From positions 1 to 64,000 of the forward strand of contig CAJRAX010000010.1 in assembly GCA_907165135.1 (NCBI GenBank): a stretch of DNA of 64,000 nucleotides, written 5' to 3'. Positions 30,098 through 40,278 of this stretch are shown in pieces (within the stretch, counting starts at the first letter, position 1; the number at the start of each line of letters is the position of its first letter). The notes beneath the pieces are model-generated. The model saw only the letters and a program-made list of their open reading frames with translations, ran no database searches and had not been told where the DNA came from. Both the position numbers and the translations under genes were made by a program. The stretch is from Oikopleura dioica. Taxonomy: Eukaryota; Animalia; Chordata.

Positions 30098-33000
30098 TCA
30101 TATTTCAGTTTCAAAGTCTGGAAGAAAAACAAGAACATTTTTACGCATCGGATGATTTGGAAATTTCTTAAGCAATTCCGTTTCGATAGATGCCTGTAAA
30201 ATTGTTTTTGAGCAGTTTTGAAATTTACATGGTAAGTCATAAAATGCGCATACAGTTTTTAGCTCGGGGACAGTAAGTTCGTACAACGTTCGCTCTTTTT
30301 GCACTCTAAAGACCGCAAAAAAAAGAAGTTGTCCGTTTCTCGATTTACGCCAATTCGGATATTCTCTACGAATAGTTTCCTTCACTTTTATCTGAAGTTT
30401 TGCCCTTGATTCCTCAAGATCAAAGTCCTGATTCATTTTAAAAAGAATGAATAAAAGAGAGTCTCTTGTTAATTCGTTCAGTTTGATAAATATGCCATTT
30501 TCAACATAGGTCTCCTCTATGTCGTCTGTATTTTTCCATTTATCATTTAGATGTTCGAAAAAGTCAAGATCATGATTTTCCATTTTAATTAAAATTGACA
30601 TGTTTTCCAAATTATTTTCAACTGTAAATTTAGCAATTTTTCGCTCGACAACGGAATCATCAGATCTTTCCCTTCTACGTTTTAGAGCAACTAGCGGATC
30701 AATTTCGGGCAATTTATCGTACGATGTCAAATTAACAGAGAGCTCAGAATCAGAACTTGATTTCTCGGAATCAAGCACAATGTCTGATCCATTTCCTACT
30801 TGATTCAAATCAGGTTGTTGATTTCGATAAATTTTTGGTAATGGCATTTCTATCAAAAGAGTCGATGAGGATGAAAAATTATCTGGTTCTGAAGAAGAAC
30901 TAGACCGCTCCCGATAAGGTTCCGATTGTAAAGACTGATCTGACATTTCGGAGGATAAAGATTCATGCGCTATTTCCGATTCTTTTTCTGTAGAGAAATT
31001 TTTCGCAAACCGACCAAGGGAATCCCTCGAAAAAAGACAATCGTCGGAAAAAAATTCGAAAAGCTCGAGATCATTTTCTTGTACTTTTGTCACAATCTTG
31101 GGGTACTTTTCAACATCATTATTCGTCTCATAAGTTAAATTCCGCTGAGAATAACTTTTTATATGCTCTGCATGTCGCCGAAATTCGTCCTTATCATTTT
31201 TAACAGTGTACCACAGGCCACTCGGGGATTTAAACGTAACTTCATAAGGACCAATAAATGGAGGGAATTTTTCGCGGAAATTTTTGATAAGAATTTTATC
31301 GCCTAAATTATATTCTTTGAACCGGGGATTATCAAATTTGTTCATTCTTTTTTGTTTTTCTTGTTCAATTTTTGCACGAATTTTCTCAAAATCAACGTCG
31401 ATTTTATCTCCGTATGTTCGCCAATAAGGGTCTTGAAAATGATGACTGCTTTTTATACCAGTTTCTACACAAAATGGGGTTGTTCCGAGTACTGTATGTA
31501 GACTACTGTTTATTTCGTGAACAATTTCAAACAGAAAAATATCCCAATTCACCCAATTTGAACGAGCCCTAAGCCTGGCTTTTATGGTTCTATTGACGTT
31601 TTCAACTTGCCCATTAGATTGGGGATGGCGCGGGGGAATATAATGCACACCAATTTTGTTTTCTTTCAAAAATTTTTCAATCAAAACGTGTTCCTTCGCG
31701 TTATCTAAAACCATATATTTTGGAAATTTTGGATTTCTAAATAATACGCTTCGAAATTTTTGCAGTAAATAATCCGATTTTTTGCAAGATAAGGGCTCCG
31801 CATAAACTTTTTTGCTGAAACCGTCAATAACCACCATTACATATTTATGACCAAAATCAGTTTCTTGAAGTGGGCCGATTAAATCGAAGTACAAAATTTC
31901 AAAAGGGCCGCTTGGTGTTTCAGATTTACCTAAGGGAGGTTTGTTAGGCTGTAAATTTGGTTTTGAAATTTGACATTTGTGACATGATTTAATAAAGCTC
32001 GCGACTGTGTTTTTTAATCCCGGCCAAAAATACTTTCTACAAATTTTTTCGGCTGTTATATCGATTCCAAAATGAGAATGATCATGATATTCGCTGCAAA
32101 TTGTCTCTGTCAAAGCCTCGGGGACGCAAAATCTTTTTTGATATGCTGGAGAGTTTATTGCTAGTTCCCCGGACTCAAGAATTTCAAGGTCAGGTCTACG
32201 TAAAAAATATGGGTAAAGCTCACTAGCTGGGTTATTTGGCCATCTATCAATTTTAACGAAACGTCTTACTTGTGATAATACTCGGTCAGATTTTTGAAAC
32301 TCAACAAATGATTCAGGGGTAAACTCTATTTGATTGATTGAACAATTTAATGTATTACGACTAAGGCAATCACTTATTTTCATTTGATGAGTTTTTCTTT
32401 GTTCAATTCGAAATGAAAATCCCTGAAGCTCCGTAAACCATCTTTGAATTTTTAAATTACTTGTCTTGAAGGATTGAGCGTATTTTACGCAAGAATTATC
32501 AGTAATCCAAAGAAAATCGACATAAGCAAGATAAGCTCTCCATCGTTCCATACATGTTTTCCCACTATATAGCTCTTTTTCCAATGTCCCGTATTTTTGT
32601 TGTGCCGGCGTAAAATTTAGCGAGTGGTAAGCTATCGGTTGCAAGCAATTATGCGAATGATGGTGATCTTTATTTCGCTCCGCGCAAAGATAAAGAACTC
32701 CACCAAGACTATGGTTGGATGCGTCAGTCTCAAGTACAAAAACACCGTTATTTAGTGGGGGGATTTTGAGCTCCAGAGTATTATGGCAGATGATACTTTT
32801 GAGCTTTTCGAGTGAAATCGTCGCCTCTTTTGTCCAACAAAATGAACCTCTGTACGTTTTTGAAATTTCCACTCCCAGGGGTGCAAAATTTTTAATAAAT
32901 TTTCTGTGCTGCGAAAGAAGTCCGAAAAGTGATTGTGCCTCCTCTCGGTTTCTTGGAATAGAAAGATTTTTAACCGCTTCGATCTTGTCCTGTGATGGCC

Positions 33001-34471
33001 GTATTCTCCCGTTAAAAATTTCAAATCCCAAAATGCATGCTTTTCGCTCAAAAAAACTCGCTTTGTCAATATTTATCCGTAAATTATTTTGATCTAAAAT
33101 TTGAAAAAATTTAGATAAATTGGCTAGGTGTTCCTCCTCTGTTCTTGAATGGACCACTAGATCGTCAAGATATGCGCAAATTTGAGTTTTTGGCGTGTCT
33201 CGTAAAATAACATCCATGCATTTTGCGAAATGAATAGGGGCATTTTTAAGACCCATCGGAAGCCTTTTCCAAGTAAATTGTCCGTCTTCAGTCGAGAAAG
33301 CTAGTTTTTCTCGCGATTTCTCATCCACGAGACACTGATGAAATCCTTTGCGCAAATCAACGCAAGAAAAAATAAGGCTATTTTCTAAAAACCCTAAAAC
33401 GTCCTCAATTTGTTGCAGCGGATGATGCTGCTGAAGCGTAAATGAATTTAATTTCCTGTAATCAATACACAGTCTGAATGTACCGTTACGTTTTCTTACG
33501 AGTAACGCGGGGCTATTATAGGGTGAATTTATTCGCATTATTATGTCTTGACCAAGGTAGGACGTAAGAGTACCGGTCATTACTCCCCGCAAAGCATATG
33601 GCGTTCTGTACATATTGCTACAAATCGGGCGATCAGTCTCAAGTTCAATCGAAAATTTTTCAAGGTTCGAGACAGGCAAATCATCGTCCTCGTCTTGAAA
33701 TAAATGGGTATACACACCAAGAAGATCAAAAAATTTTGGCTGATTGTTTTTCGATACATCGCCTATTTTTAACCGCGAAAGAAGAAAATTAAGATCTTTT
33801 TTTGAGGGCTTTATGCACGCGATCTCAGCTATTTCTGCCAGTTTCGCAAAAGCCGTGCCAGCAGGAATTTTCACTGTAGAATTCAGGGGATTTATAATAA
33901 GAATACGAAAAAATGGAGATTCGGGATCAACTCTCTGAAATGATTCTATTAATTCGAGCTTCGAATTTTTGAGCTGGCTTTTTTCTAAAAAAAGGTTCAT
34001 TGATCTGTTCAAATGAGGAATTTTCAAGTCGATTATTTGCTCACTTTTGCCTCGAAATGTGAAATTTTGTTCAGAAACGGCATAAAAACTGTCTTGCTCA
34101 ATGTTATTTACTGTTGGGCTTTGTGATGAATTATTACATAAATTTGCCATACGCTCGATAGGACCAGATTTAAATAGACGATTACGATGAAGATTGATCA
34201 TTATTTCATTAGATTTCAGTGCTTCCGAACCGAGAATTGCCTCACAATTGTCATTTACAATATAAAATCGCGATTTACCCCACTTTTCCGTTTTAACATG
34301 AAAATCACATTCAACAAAACCAAGAATTTCAATACTTCCTCCACCATAATTTTTAGCAAAAATATCAGGGGCTTGAATTTTAACGTTATCGGGAATAAAT
34401 GATTTAGGCAAAAGATTAAGTTGGGAACCTGAATCGACAAGCATTTTTATTTTCTTTGAAAAAATTATCAT
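30098..34471 (-). CDS. pol: Pol polyprotein: aspartic protease (LVDSGS), dUTPase-like insert, RT (YLDD), RNase H (LETDAS), integrase (HHCC, DDE, GPY), acidic linker, C-terminal tandem SAP/HeH-like module; frame stays open upstream to ~34603 and is probably entered by -1 frameshift
   Basis: 1457-aa ORF with all catalytic motifs recognisable in Ty3/gypsy order. Confidence 0.97.
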   Translation of the reverse strand: MIIFSKKIKMLVDSGSQLNLLPKSFIPDNVKIQAPDIFAKNYGGGSIEILGFVECDFHVKTEKWGKSRFYIVNDNCEAILGSEALKSNEIMINLHRNRLFKSGPIERMANLCNNSSQSPTVNNIEQDSFYAVSEQNFTFRGKSEQIIDLKIPHLNRSMNLFLEKSQLKNSKLELIESFQRVDPESPFFRILIINPLNSTVKIPAGTAFAKLAEIAEIACIKPSKKDLNFLLSRLKIGDVSKNNQPKFFDLLGVYTHLFQDEDDDLPVSNLEKFSIELETDRPICSNMYRTPYALRGVMTGTLTSYLGQDIIMRINSPYNSPALLVRKRNGTFRLCIDYRKLNSFTLQQHHPLQQIEDVLGFLENSLIFSCVDLRKGFHQCLVDEKSREKLAFSTEDGQFTWKRLPMGLKNAPIHFAKCMDVILRDTPKTQICAYLDDLVVHSRTEEEHLANLSKFFQILDQNNLRINIDKASFFERKACILGFEIFNGRIRPSQDKIEAVKNLSIPRNREEAQSLFGLLSQHRKFIKNFAPLGVEISKTYRGSFCWTKEATISLEKLKSIICHNTLELKIPPLNNGVFVLETDASNHSLGGVLYLCAERNKDHHHSHNCLQPIAYHSLNFTPAQQKYGTLEKELYSGKTCMERWRAYLAYVDFLWITDNSCVKYAQSFKTSNLKIQRWFTELQGFSFRIEQRKTHQMKISDCLSRNTLNCSINQIEFTPESFVEFQKSDRVLSQVRRFVKIDRWPNNPASELYPYFLRRPDLEILESGELAINSPAYQKRFCVPEALTETICSEYHDHSHFGIDITAEKICRKYFWPGLKNTVASFIKSCHKCQISKPNLQPNKPPLGKSETPSGPFEILYFDLIGPLQETDFGHKYVMVVIDGFSKKVYAEPLSCKKSDYLLQKFRSVLFRNPKFPKYMVLDNAKEHVLIEKFLKENKIGVHYIPPRHPQSNGQVENVNRTIKARLRARSNWVNWDIFLFEIVHEINSSLHTVLGTTPFCVETGIKSSHHFQDPYWRTYGDKIDVDFEKIRAKIEQEKQKRMNKFDNPRFKEYNLGDKILIKNFREKFPPFIGPYEVTFKSPSGLWYTVKNDKDEFRRHAEHIKSYSQRNLTYETNNDVEKYPKIVTKVQENDLELFEFFSDDCLFSRDSLGRFAKNFSTEKESEIAHESLSSEMSDQSLQSEPYRERSSSSSEPDNFSSSSTLLIEMPLPKIYRNQQPDLNQVGNGSDIVLDSEKSSSDSELSVNLTSYDKLPEIDPLVALKRRRERSDDSVVERKIAKFTVENNLENMSILIKMENHDLDFFEHLNDKWKNTDDIEETYVENGIFIKLNELTRDSLLFILFKMNQDFDLEESRAKLQIKVKETIRREYPNWRKSRNGQLLFFAVFRVQKERTLYELTVPELKTVCAFYDLPCKFQNCSKTILQASIETELLKKFPNHPMRKNVLVFLPDFETEI

Positions 34472-34517
34472 TTCTACAAAATATTGTAATCCAATGCGAA
34501 AAATTGAACAAGTTCTT

Positions 34518-34564
34518 GGAACTGGTGCCTGACCAGGGCTTTCAGTTCCATTTACTCGTTTTTT
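34518..34564 (-). promoter_or_regulatory. -1 ribosomal frameshift signal (A AAA AAC, 8-nt spacer, stem-loop)
   Basis: Heptamer in gag phase two codons before the gag stop; pol lies in the -1 frame and is open here; stem GGAACTG/CAGTTCC. Confidence 0.8.
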
Positions 34565-35661
34565 GAAGTTTCCTCTCCCTCGATCCGAGCAGCTCTGTAA
34601 ATTCTATCGGGATTATCGGGACAAGCCGTTTTCATGTGGCCTTTTTTCTGACAAAAGTGGCAGGTAATAAAGGGGCAATGTGATCTAAAATGAGTGTCTG
34701 TGTTACAAAATCCACAAAATCGTCGAGGCCTTGGCCGATCCGAATTCGGCGCGCCCAAATTTCGACTTTGAAAATTCCGTTGCTGGTTATTTTGGCGCGT
34801 CAAACTCTGATCGTTGCGGCGATCAACTTCTAATTTTGCAATTGTTGCCGTTAGTTTTTCAATTTGATCATGAAGCGCACACGCCCGTTTTTCCGCCGCC
34901 TCTTCTGATTTTTTCTGTTCAATTTTCAATTGAGAAATTTGGTCCTCGAAGGACATTGTCGATTTCGAAATTAAGTCAGAAGTCGACTGAAAAAACGAGC
35001 CAAGTTTCGCGTCAATTTCGATTTGGGCAATTTTGGGGATAGTTTCATTTCGTTTTCTTTTGTCAAGAAATTTGGATATTTCCTCGGGGGTTTTTTCAAG
35101 CATACACTGATCGCGAAGAAAATTCTGCAGTTCAGGCGTGAGCGATTTTCTAAATTGCGCGTCGATAATGTATTCTCTCGCGTCCGGTTTTTGCGTTATT
35201 TTCTCCGCGACTGTTTTAACACGTGACAAAAAAATCTCGAATTTTTCATTGTTCTCGCTCTTTCGGGCGAGATTTTCCATTTTTTCTTTGTTTCGAAGGA
35301 TTTTTTCCTCGGGCGATTCGTCGCCAAAAACAGACGTCAAAAAAGACAATTTTTCCTCAGCTGATTCAAATCCATAAAGATCTTCCCCGTATTCCCTAAG
35401 AAATTCGGGCTCGCATGAATTGTAAACAAAAGAACTTGAAAGGCGCGAAAATTGAGCCTCGAGGTCCTCTTTGTTTTCGGGTTTATTTTCCGCGAGAGAT
35501 TTTTCAAAAATCCATTTTGCTCGCTGTAATTTGTCTTTTATTGTGGAATTAATCAAATTAAATTCAAAATTTCTCATTCCTAATCTTATCATTTGATTCG
35601 GGGAAACAGAAAAAAGCGCATGACTCTTGTACAGTACCTCTTCAGGAGTTGGGGTCACCAT
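34552..35661 (-). CDS. gag: Gag with two CCHC zinc knuckles
   Basis: ORF 34552-35724, first ATG at 35661; CGFCNTDTHFRSHC and CHFCQKKGHMKTAC both fit C-x2-C-x4-H-x4-C. Confidence 0.95.
   Translation of the reverse strand: MVTPTPEEVLYKSHALFSVSPNQMIRLGMRNFEFNLINSTIKDKLQRAKWIFEKSLAENKPENKEDLEAQFSRLSSSFVYNSCEPEFLREYGEDLYGFESAEEKLSFLTSVFGDESPEEKILRNKEKMENLARKSENNEKFEIFLSRVKTVAEKITQKPDAREYIIDAQFRKSLTPELQNFLRDQCMLEKTPEEISKFLDKRKRNETIPKIAQIEIDAKLGSFFQSTSDLISKSTMSFEDQISQLKIEQKKSEEAAEKRACALHDQIEKLTATIAKLEVDRRNDQSLTRQNNQQRNFQSRNLGAPNSDRPRPRRFCGFCNTDTHFRSHCPFITCHFCQKKGHMKTACPDNPDRIYRAARIEGEETSKNE
35651..35660 (-). promoter_or_regulatory. Primer binding site TGGTGACCCC (tRNA-Trp type)
   Basis: Adjacent to the 5' LTR end with no gap; 10-nt complement to the tRNA-Trp 3' end. 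Confidence 0.85.
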
Positions 35662-36958
35662 GATACGGAAGCGGCTGTCCTGCAAGAATTTTGCTCGATC
35701 TCTAACTCTAGAATGCCAAGCCAAAACAACGAGAATTAAATTTAAAATTTGCGTGGTTTTATTTGTGATTTGAATGACGGAAAAAGGCGCGACGCGGGGT
35801 TAAATAGCAGCGAGATTCGATCAGTGTTTTTGAACAAGCGGTTGTTTTTGAAAAACAATTTTTCTTTCGAAAACAAGGAAGAGAGCCCGTGGCTTCTTTT
35901 AGCGGTTTTTCTTGCGGGAAATCCTTTCGGATCGATTTCTTTTCGGAAGAGGAGCTGGTCGAACTTGCCAAGCAAGTTATTTTCAAAGGTTTTGGGAGCC
36001 GGCGCCGCGCGTGACGAGATAAAACGCAAATTAATTATTTTTTTCATAATAAAAAGCAGAAAATAATAACAGCCACTTAAACTTCTCACTATGTGACCGT
36101 AGAAGTGACTGTTAATTATGATTGAAATAAATAAAGGATGAGAAAAGTAAAAGAATATATACAAAATTTTAACAAATAAATTGAATAAAATTTGGTCAGG
36201 ATTTTATAAAATAAATTTATCAAAATTGAAATCATAGAAGAAGCAAATTCCAAGGAACATACCCGGGGGAAGTTACTGTCGCGGTTCGCACCGTATCTTC
36301 TCTTACGGATGAGCTAATTTGCGACAAGCGGACGCACTGACAGAGAGTTTGTCCGACCCCACGGCACCGAGATGATACGACGGTTTATCGGCTCGTTGGA
36401 GTAGTTGTTTTTGAAGAAGATGTTGACGGCTATCTTGTTGTAGAAGTTGAATCGTATGAACTGTCAATAATCGAACTTTAAAAATCGCAAAGCAATGACA
36501 AGAAATATCAAGAAATAAAATAAACATGCGGTTTTGCGAATTGCATATTTTTGGATGAATTGACGTCAGATCGCACTAGAATAGTCAGAAACGAATTAAG
36601 ATTTTTCCAAAGTATGCGTACATACACCTTAATCCTAGACTGAATGAACCCTTAATTAGTTTCCGACCCGTTGATTATGATGAGAGCATATGAGCATTCC
36701 AATGGTAAAACGTATAGATCGTAAGGAGATGACATGATGATACGACAATTTTGGGTCAATCTGGCTCGTAAAAACTGACCATCTTTTCATTTTGAGTAGA
36801 ATATCGTGAAATGATTTTTTGCAAATATGTCGGATCAATTTGGTGATACCAAGCTGACAAGACAAATTTAAACCAACGTAGAACCGAATTGGCGTAAATA
36901 TTTGGCCGTGAAATAAAATTTTTTATTTGGCTTGAGGCGTTGTTCCCTAAGGATATCA
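35661..36958 (-). repeat. 5' LTR of A2 (1298 bp)
   Basis: Direct repeat of 28753-30048, differing at only a few positions in A/T runs. Confidence 0.98.
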
Positions 36959-39900
36959 GAAAACGCCAAAAAACGCATCAGAATTTCCTTAATTTTTTTC
37001 GATTTTTTTGAACTGTAAATTATCTGAAAACGCAAAAAACGCATCAGAATTTTTTTTATTTTTTTTCGATTTTTATGAACTGTAAATCATCTGAAAACGC
37101 CAAAAAACGCATCAGAATTTTTTTTATTTTTTTTTTATTTTTATGAAATGTAAATCATCTGAAAACGCCAAAAACGCATCAGAATTTTTCTTCTTTTTTT
37201 ATTTTTATGAAGTGTAAATCATCTGGAAACACCAAAAACGCATCAGAATTTTTTTCTATTTTTTTCATTTTTATGAACTGTAAATCATCTGAAAACGCCA
37301 AAATACGCATCGGAATTTATATTCATTTTTTTTTTATTTTTATGAACTGTAAATCATCTGAAAACGCCAAAAAACGCATCAAAATTTTTTTTTATTTTTT
37401 TTCGATTTTTTTGAACTGTAAATTATCTGAAAACGCAAAAAAACGCATCAGAATTTTTTTTTATTTTTTTTTTATTTCTATGAACTGTAAATCATCTGAA
37501 AACGCCAAAAAACGCATCAGAATTTTTCTTAATTTTTTTTTATATTTTTATGAACTGAAAATCATCTGAAAACGCCAAAATACGCATCAGAATTTTTATT
37601 AATTTTTTTTTTTATTTTTATGAACTGTTAATCATCTGAAAACGCCAAAAAACGCATCAGAATTTTTTTATTTTTTTTCGATTTTTTGAACTGTAAATTA
37701 TCTGAAAACGCCAAAAAACGCATCAGAATTTTTTTTTATTTTTTTTATTTTTATGAACTGTAAATCATCTGAAAACGCCAAAACACGCATCAGAATTTTT
37801 CTTAATTTTTTTTATATTTTTATGAACTGTAAATCATCTGAAAACGCCAAAAAACGCATCAGAATTTTTGTTAATTTTTTTTCATTTTTATGAACTGTAA
37901 ATCATCTGAAAACGCCAAAAAACGCATCAGAATTTCTTAAATTTTTTTATTTTTATGAACTGTAAATCATCTGAAAACGCCAAAAAACGCATCAGAATTT
38001 TTTTTTAATTTTTTTTTTTTTATTTTTATGAATTGTAAATCATCTGAAAACGCCAAAAAACGCATCAGAATTTTTCTTAATTTTTTCGTTTATTTTTATG
38101 AACTGTAAATTATCTGAAAACGCCAAAAAACGCATCAGAATTTTTTTTTATTTTCTTTTTTATTTTTTTGAACTGTAAATTATCTGAAAACGCAAAAAAA
38201 CGCATCAGAATTTCTATTAATTTTTTTTTTTATTTAAATGAACTGTAAATCATCTGAAATTGCCAAAAAACGCATCAGAATTTTTCTTAATTTTTTTCGA
38301 TTTTTCTGAACTGTAAATTATCTGAAAACGCCAAAAAACGCATCAGAATTTTTCTTAATTTTTTTTTATATTTTTATGAACTGTAAATCATCTGAAAACG
38401 CCAAAAAACGCATCAGAATTTTTATTAATTTTTTTTTATATTTTTATAAACTGTAAATTATCTGAAAACGCCAAAAAATGCATCAGAATTTTTTTTTTAT
38501 TTTTTTTTGTTATTTAAATGAACTGTAAATCATCTAAAAACGCCAAAAAACGCATCAGATTTTTTATTAATTTTTTTTTTTATTTTTATGAACTGTAAAT
38601 CATCTAAAAACGCCAAAAAACGCATCAGAATTTTTATTAATTTTTTTTTCGATTTTTTTGAACTGTTAATTATCTGAAAAGGCCAAAAAACGCATCAGAA
38701 TTTTTATTAATTTTTTTTTTATTTTTATGAACTGTAAATCATCTGAAAACGCCAAAAAACGCATCAGAATTTTTTTTAATTTTTTTTATATTTTTTTGTA
38801 CTGTAAATTATCTGGAAACGCCAAAAAACGCATCAGAATTTTTATTAATTTTTTTTTTTTATTTTCATGAACTGTAAATCATCTGAAAACGCCAAAAAAC
38901 GCATCAGAATTTTTCTTAATCTTTTTTTATTTTTATGAATTGTAAATCATCTGAAAACGCCAAAAAACGCATCTGAATTTCCTTAATTTTTTTCGATTTT
39001 TTTGAACTGTAAATTATCTGAAAACGCCAAAAAACGCATCAGAATTTTTTTTATTTTTTTTTTATTTTTATGAAATGAAAATCATCTGAAAACGCCAAAA
39101 AACGCATCAGAATTTTTTTTATTTTTTTTTTATTTTTATGAAATGAAAATCATCTGAAAACGCAAAAAAACGCATCAGAATTTTTCTTCTTTTTTTTTTT
39201 TTATGAAGTGTAAATCATCTGGAAACACCAAAAAACGCATCAGAATTTTTTTTTCATTTTGATGAACTGTAAATCATCTGAAAACGCCAAAGAACGCATC
39301 AGAATTTTTTTTATTTTTTTTCGATTTTTTTGAACTGTAAATTATCTGAAAACGCCAAAAAACGCATCAGAATTTTTTTAATTTTTTTTTCATTTTTATG
39401 AACTGTAAATCATCTGAAAACGCCAAAAAACGCATCAGAATTTCCTTAATTTTTTTCGATTTTTTTGAACTGTAAATTATCTGAAAACGCAAAAAAGCAT
39501 CAGAATTTTTTTATTTTTTCGATTTTTATGAACTGTAAATCATCTGAAAACGCCAAAAATCCATCAGAATTTTAATTAATTTTTTATTTTTATGAACTGT
39601 AAATCATCTGAAAACGCCAAAAAACGCATCAGAATTTTTTTATTTTTTTTATTTTTATGAAATGTAAATCATCTGAAAACGCCAAAAAACGCATCAGAAT
39701 TTTTCTTTTTTTTATTTTTATGAAGTGTAAATCATCTGGAAACACCAAAAAACGCATCAGAATTTTTTTTTATTTTTTTTTTTTCATTTTTATGAACTGT
39801 AAATCATCTGAAAACGCCAAAAAACGCATACGAATTTATATTCATTTTTTTTTTATTTTTATGAACTGTAAATCATCTGAAAACGCCAAAAAACGCATCA

Positions 39901-40278
39901 GAATTTTTTTTTATTTTTTTTTTATTTTTATGAACTGTTAATCATCTGAAAACGCCAAAAAACGCATCAGAATTTTTTTTAATTTTTTTACGATTTTTTT
40001 GAACTGTAAATTATCTGAAAACGCCAAAAAACGCATCAGAATTTTTTTTTATTTTTTTTATTTTTATGAACTGTAAATCATTTAAAAACGCCAAAAAACG
40101 CATCAGAATTTTTCTTAATTTTTTTTATATTTTTATGAACTGTAAATCATCTGAAAACGCCAAAAAACGCATCAGAATTTCCTTAATTTTTTTCGATTTT
40201 TTTGAACTGTAAATTATCTGAAAACGCAAAAAAAACGCATCAGAATTTTTTTTATTTTTTTTCGATTTTTATGAACTG
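36959..40278 (+). repeat. Tandem satellite array
   Basis: Same monomer and orientation as 5864-28752. Confidence 0.99.

Larger units (their letters stand above)
28753..36958 (-). mobile_element. Full-length intact Ty3/gypsy LTR retrotransposon, family A copy 2 (A2), 8206 bp, TSD GAAAA
   Basis: Two LTRs; GAAAA at 28748-28752 and 36959-36963; intact gag and pol; PBS; no env ORF. Confidence 0.98.

Noticed and set aside
35742-36527. env gene or standalone protein genes in LTR ORFs (133-140 aa, 74 aa, and 151 aa in D)
   Set aside because: No signal-peptide plus transmembrane architecture, no homology between families in a consistent frame, and no room for env between pol and the 3' LTR; kept only as part of the splice hypothesis
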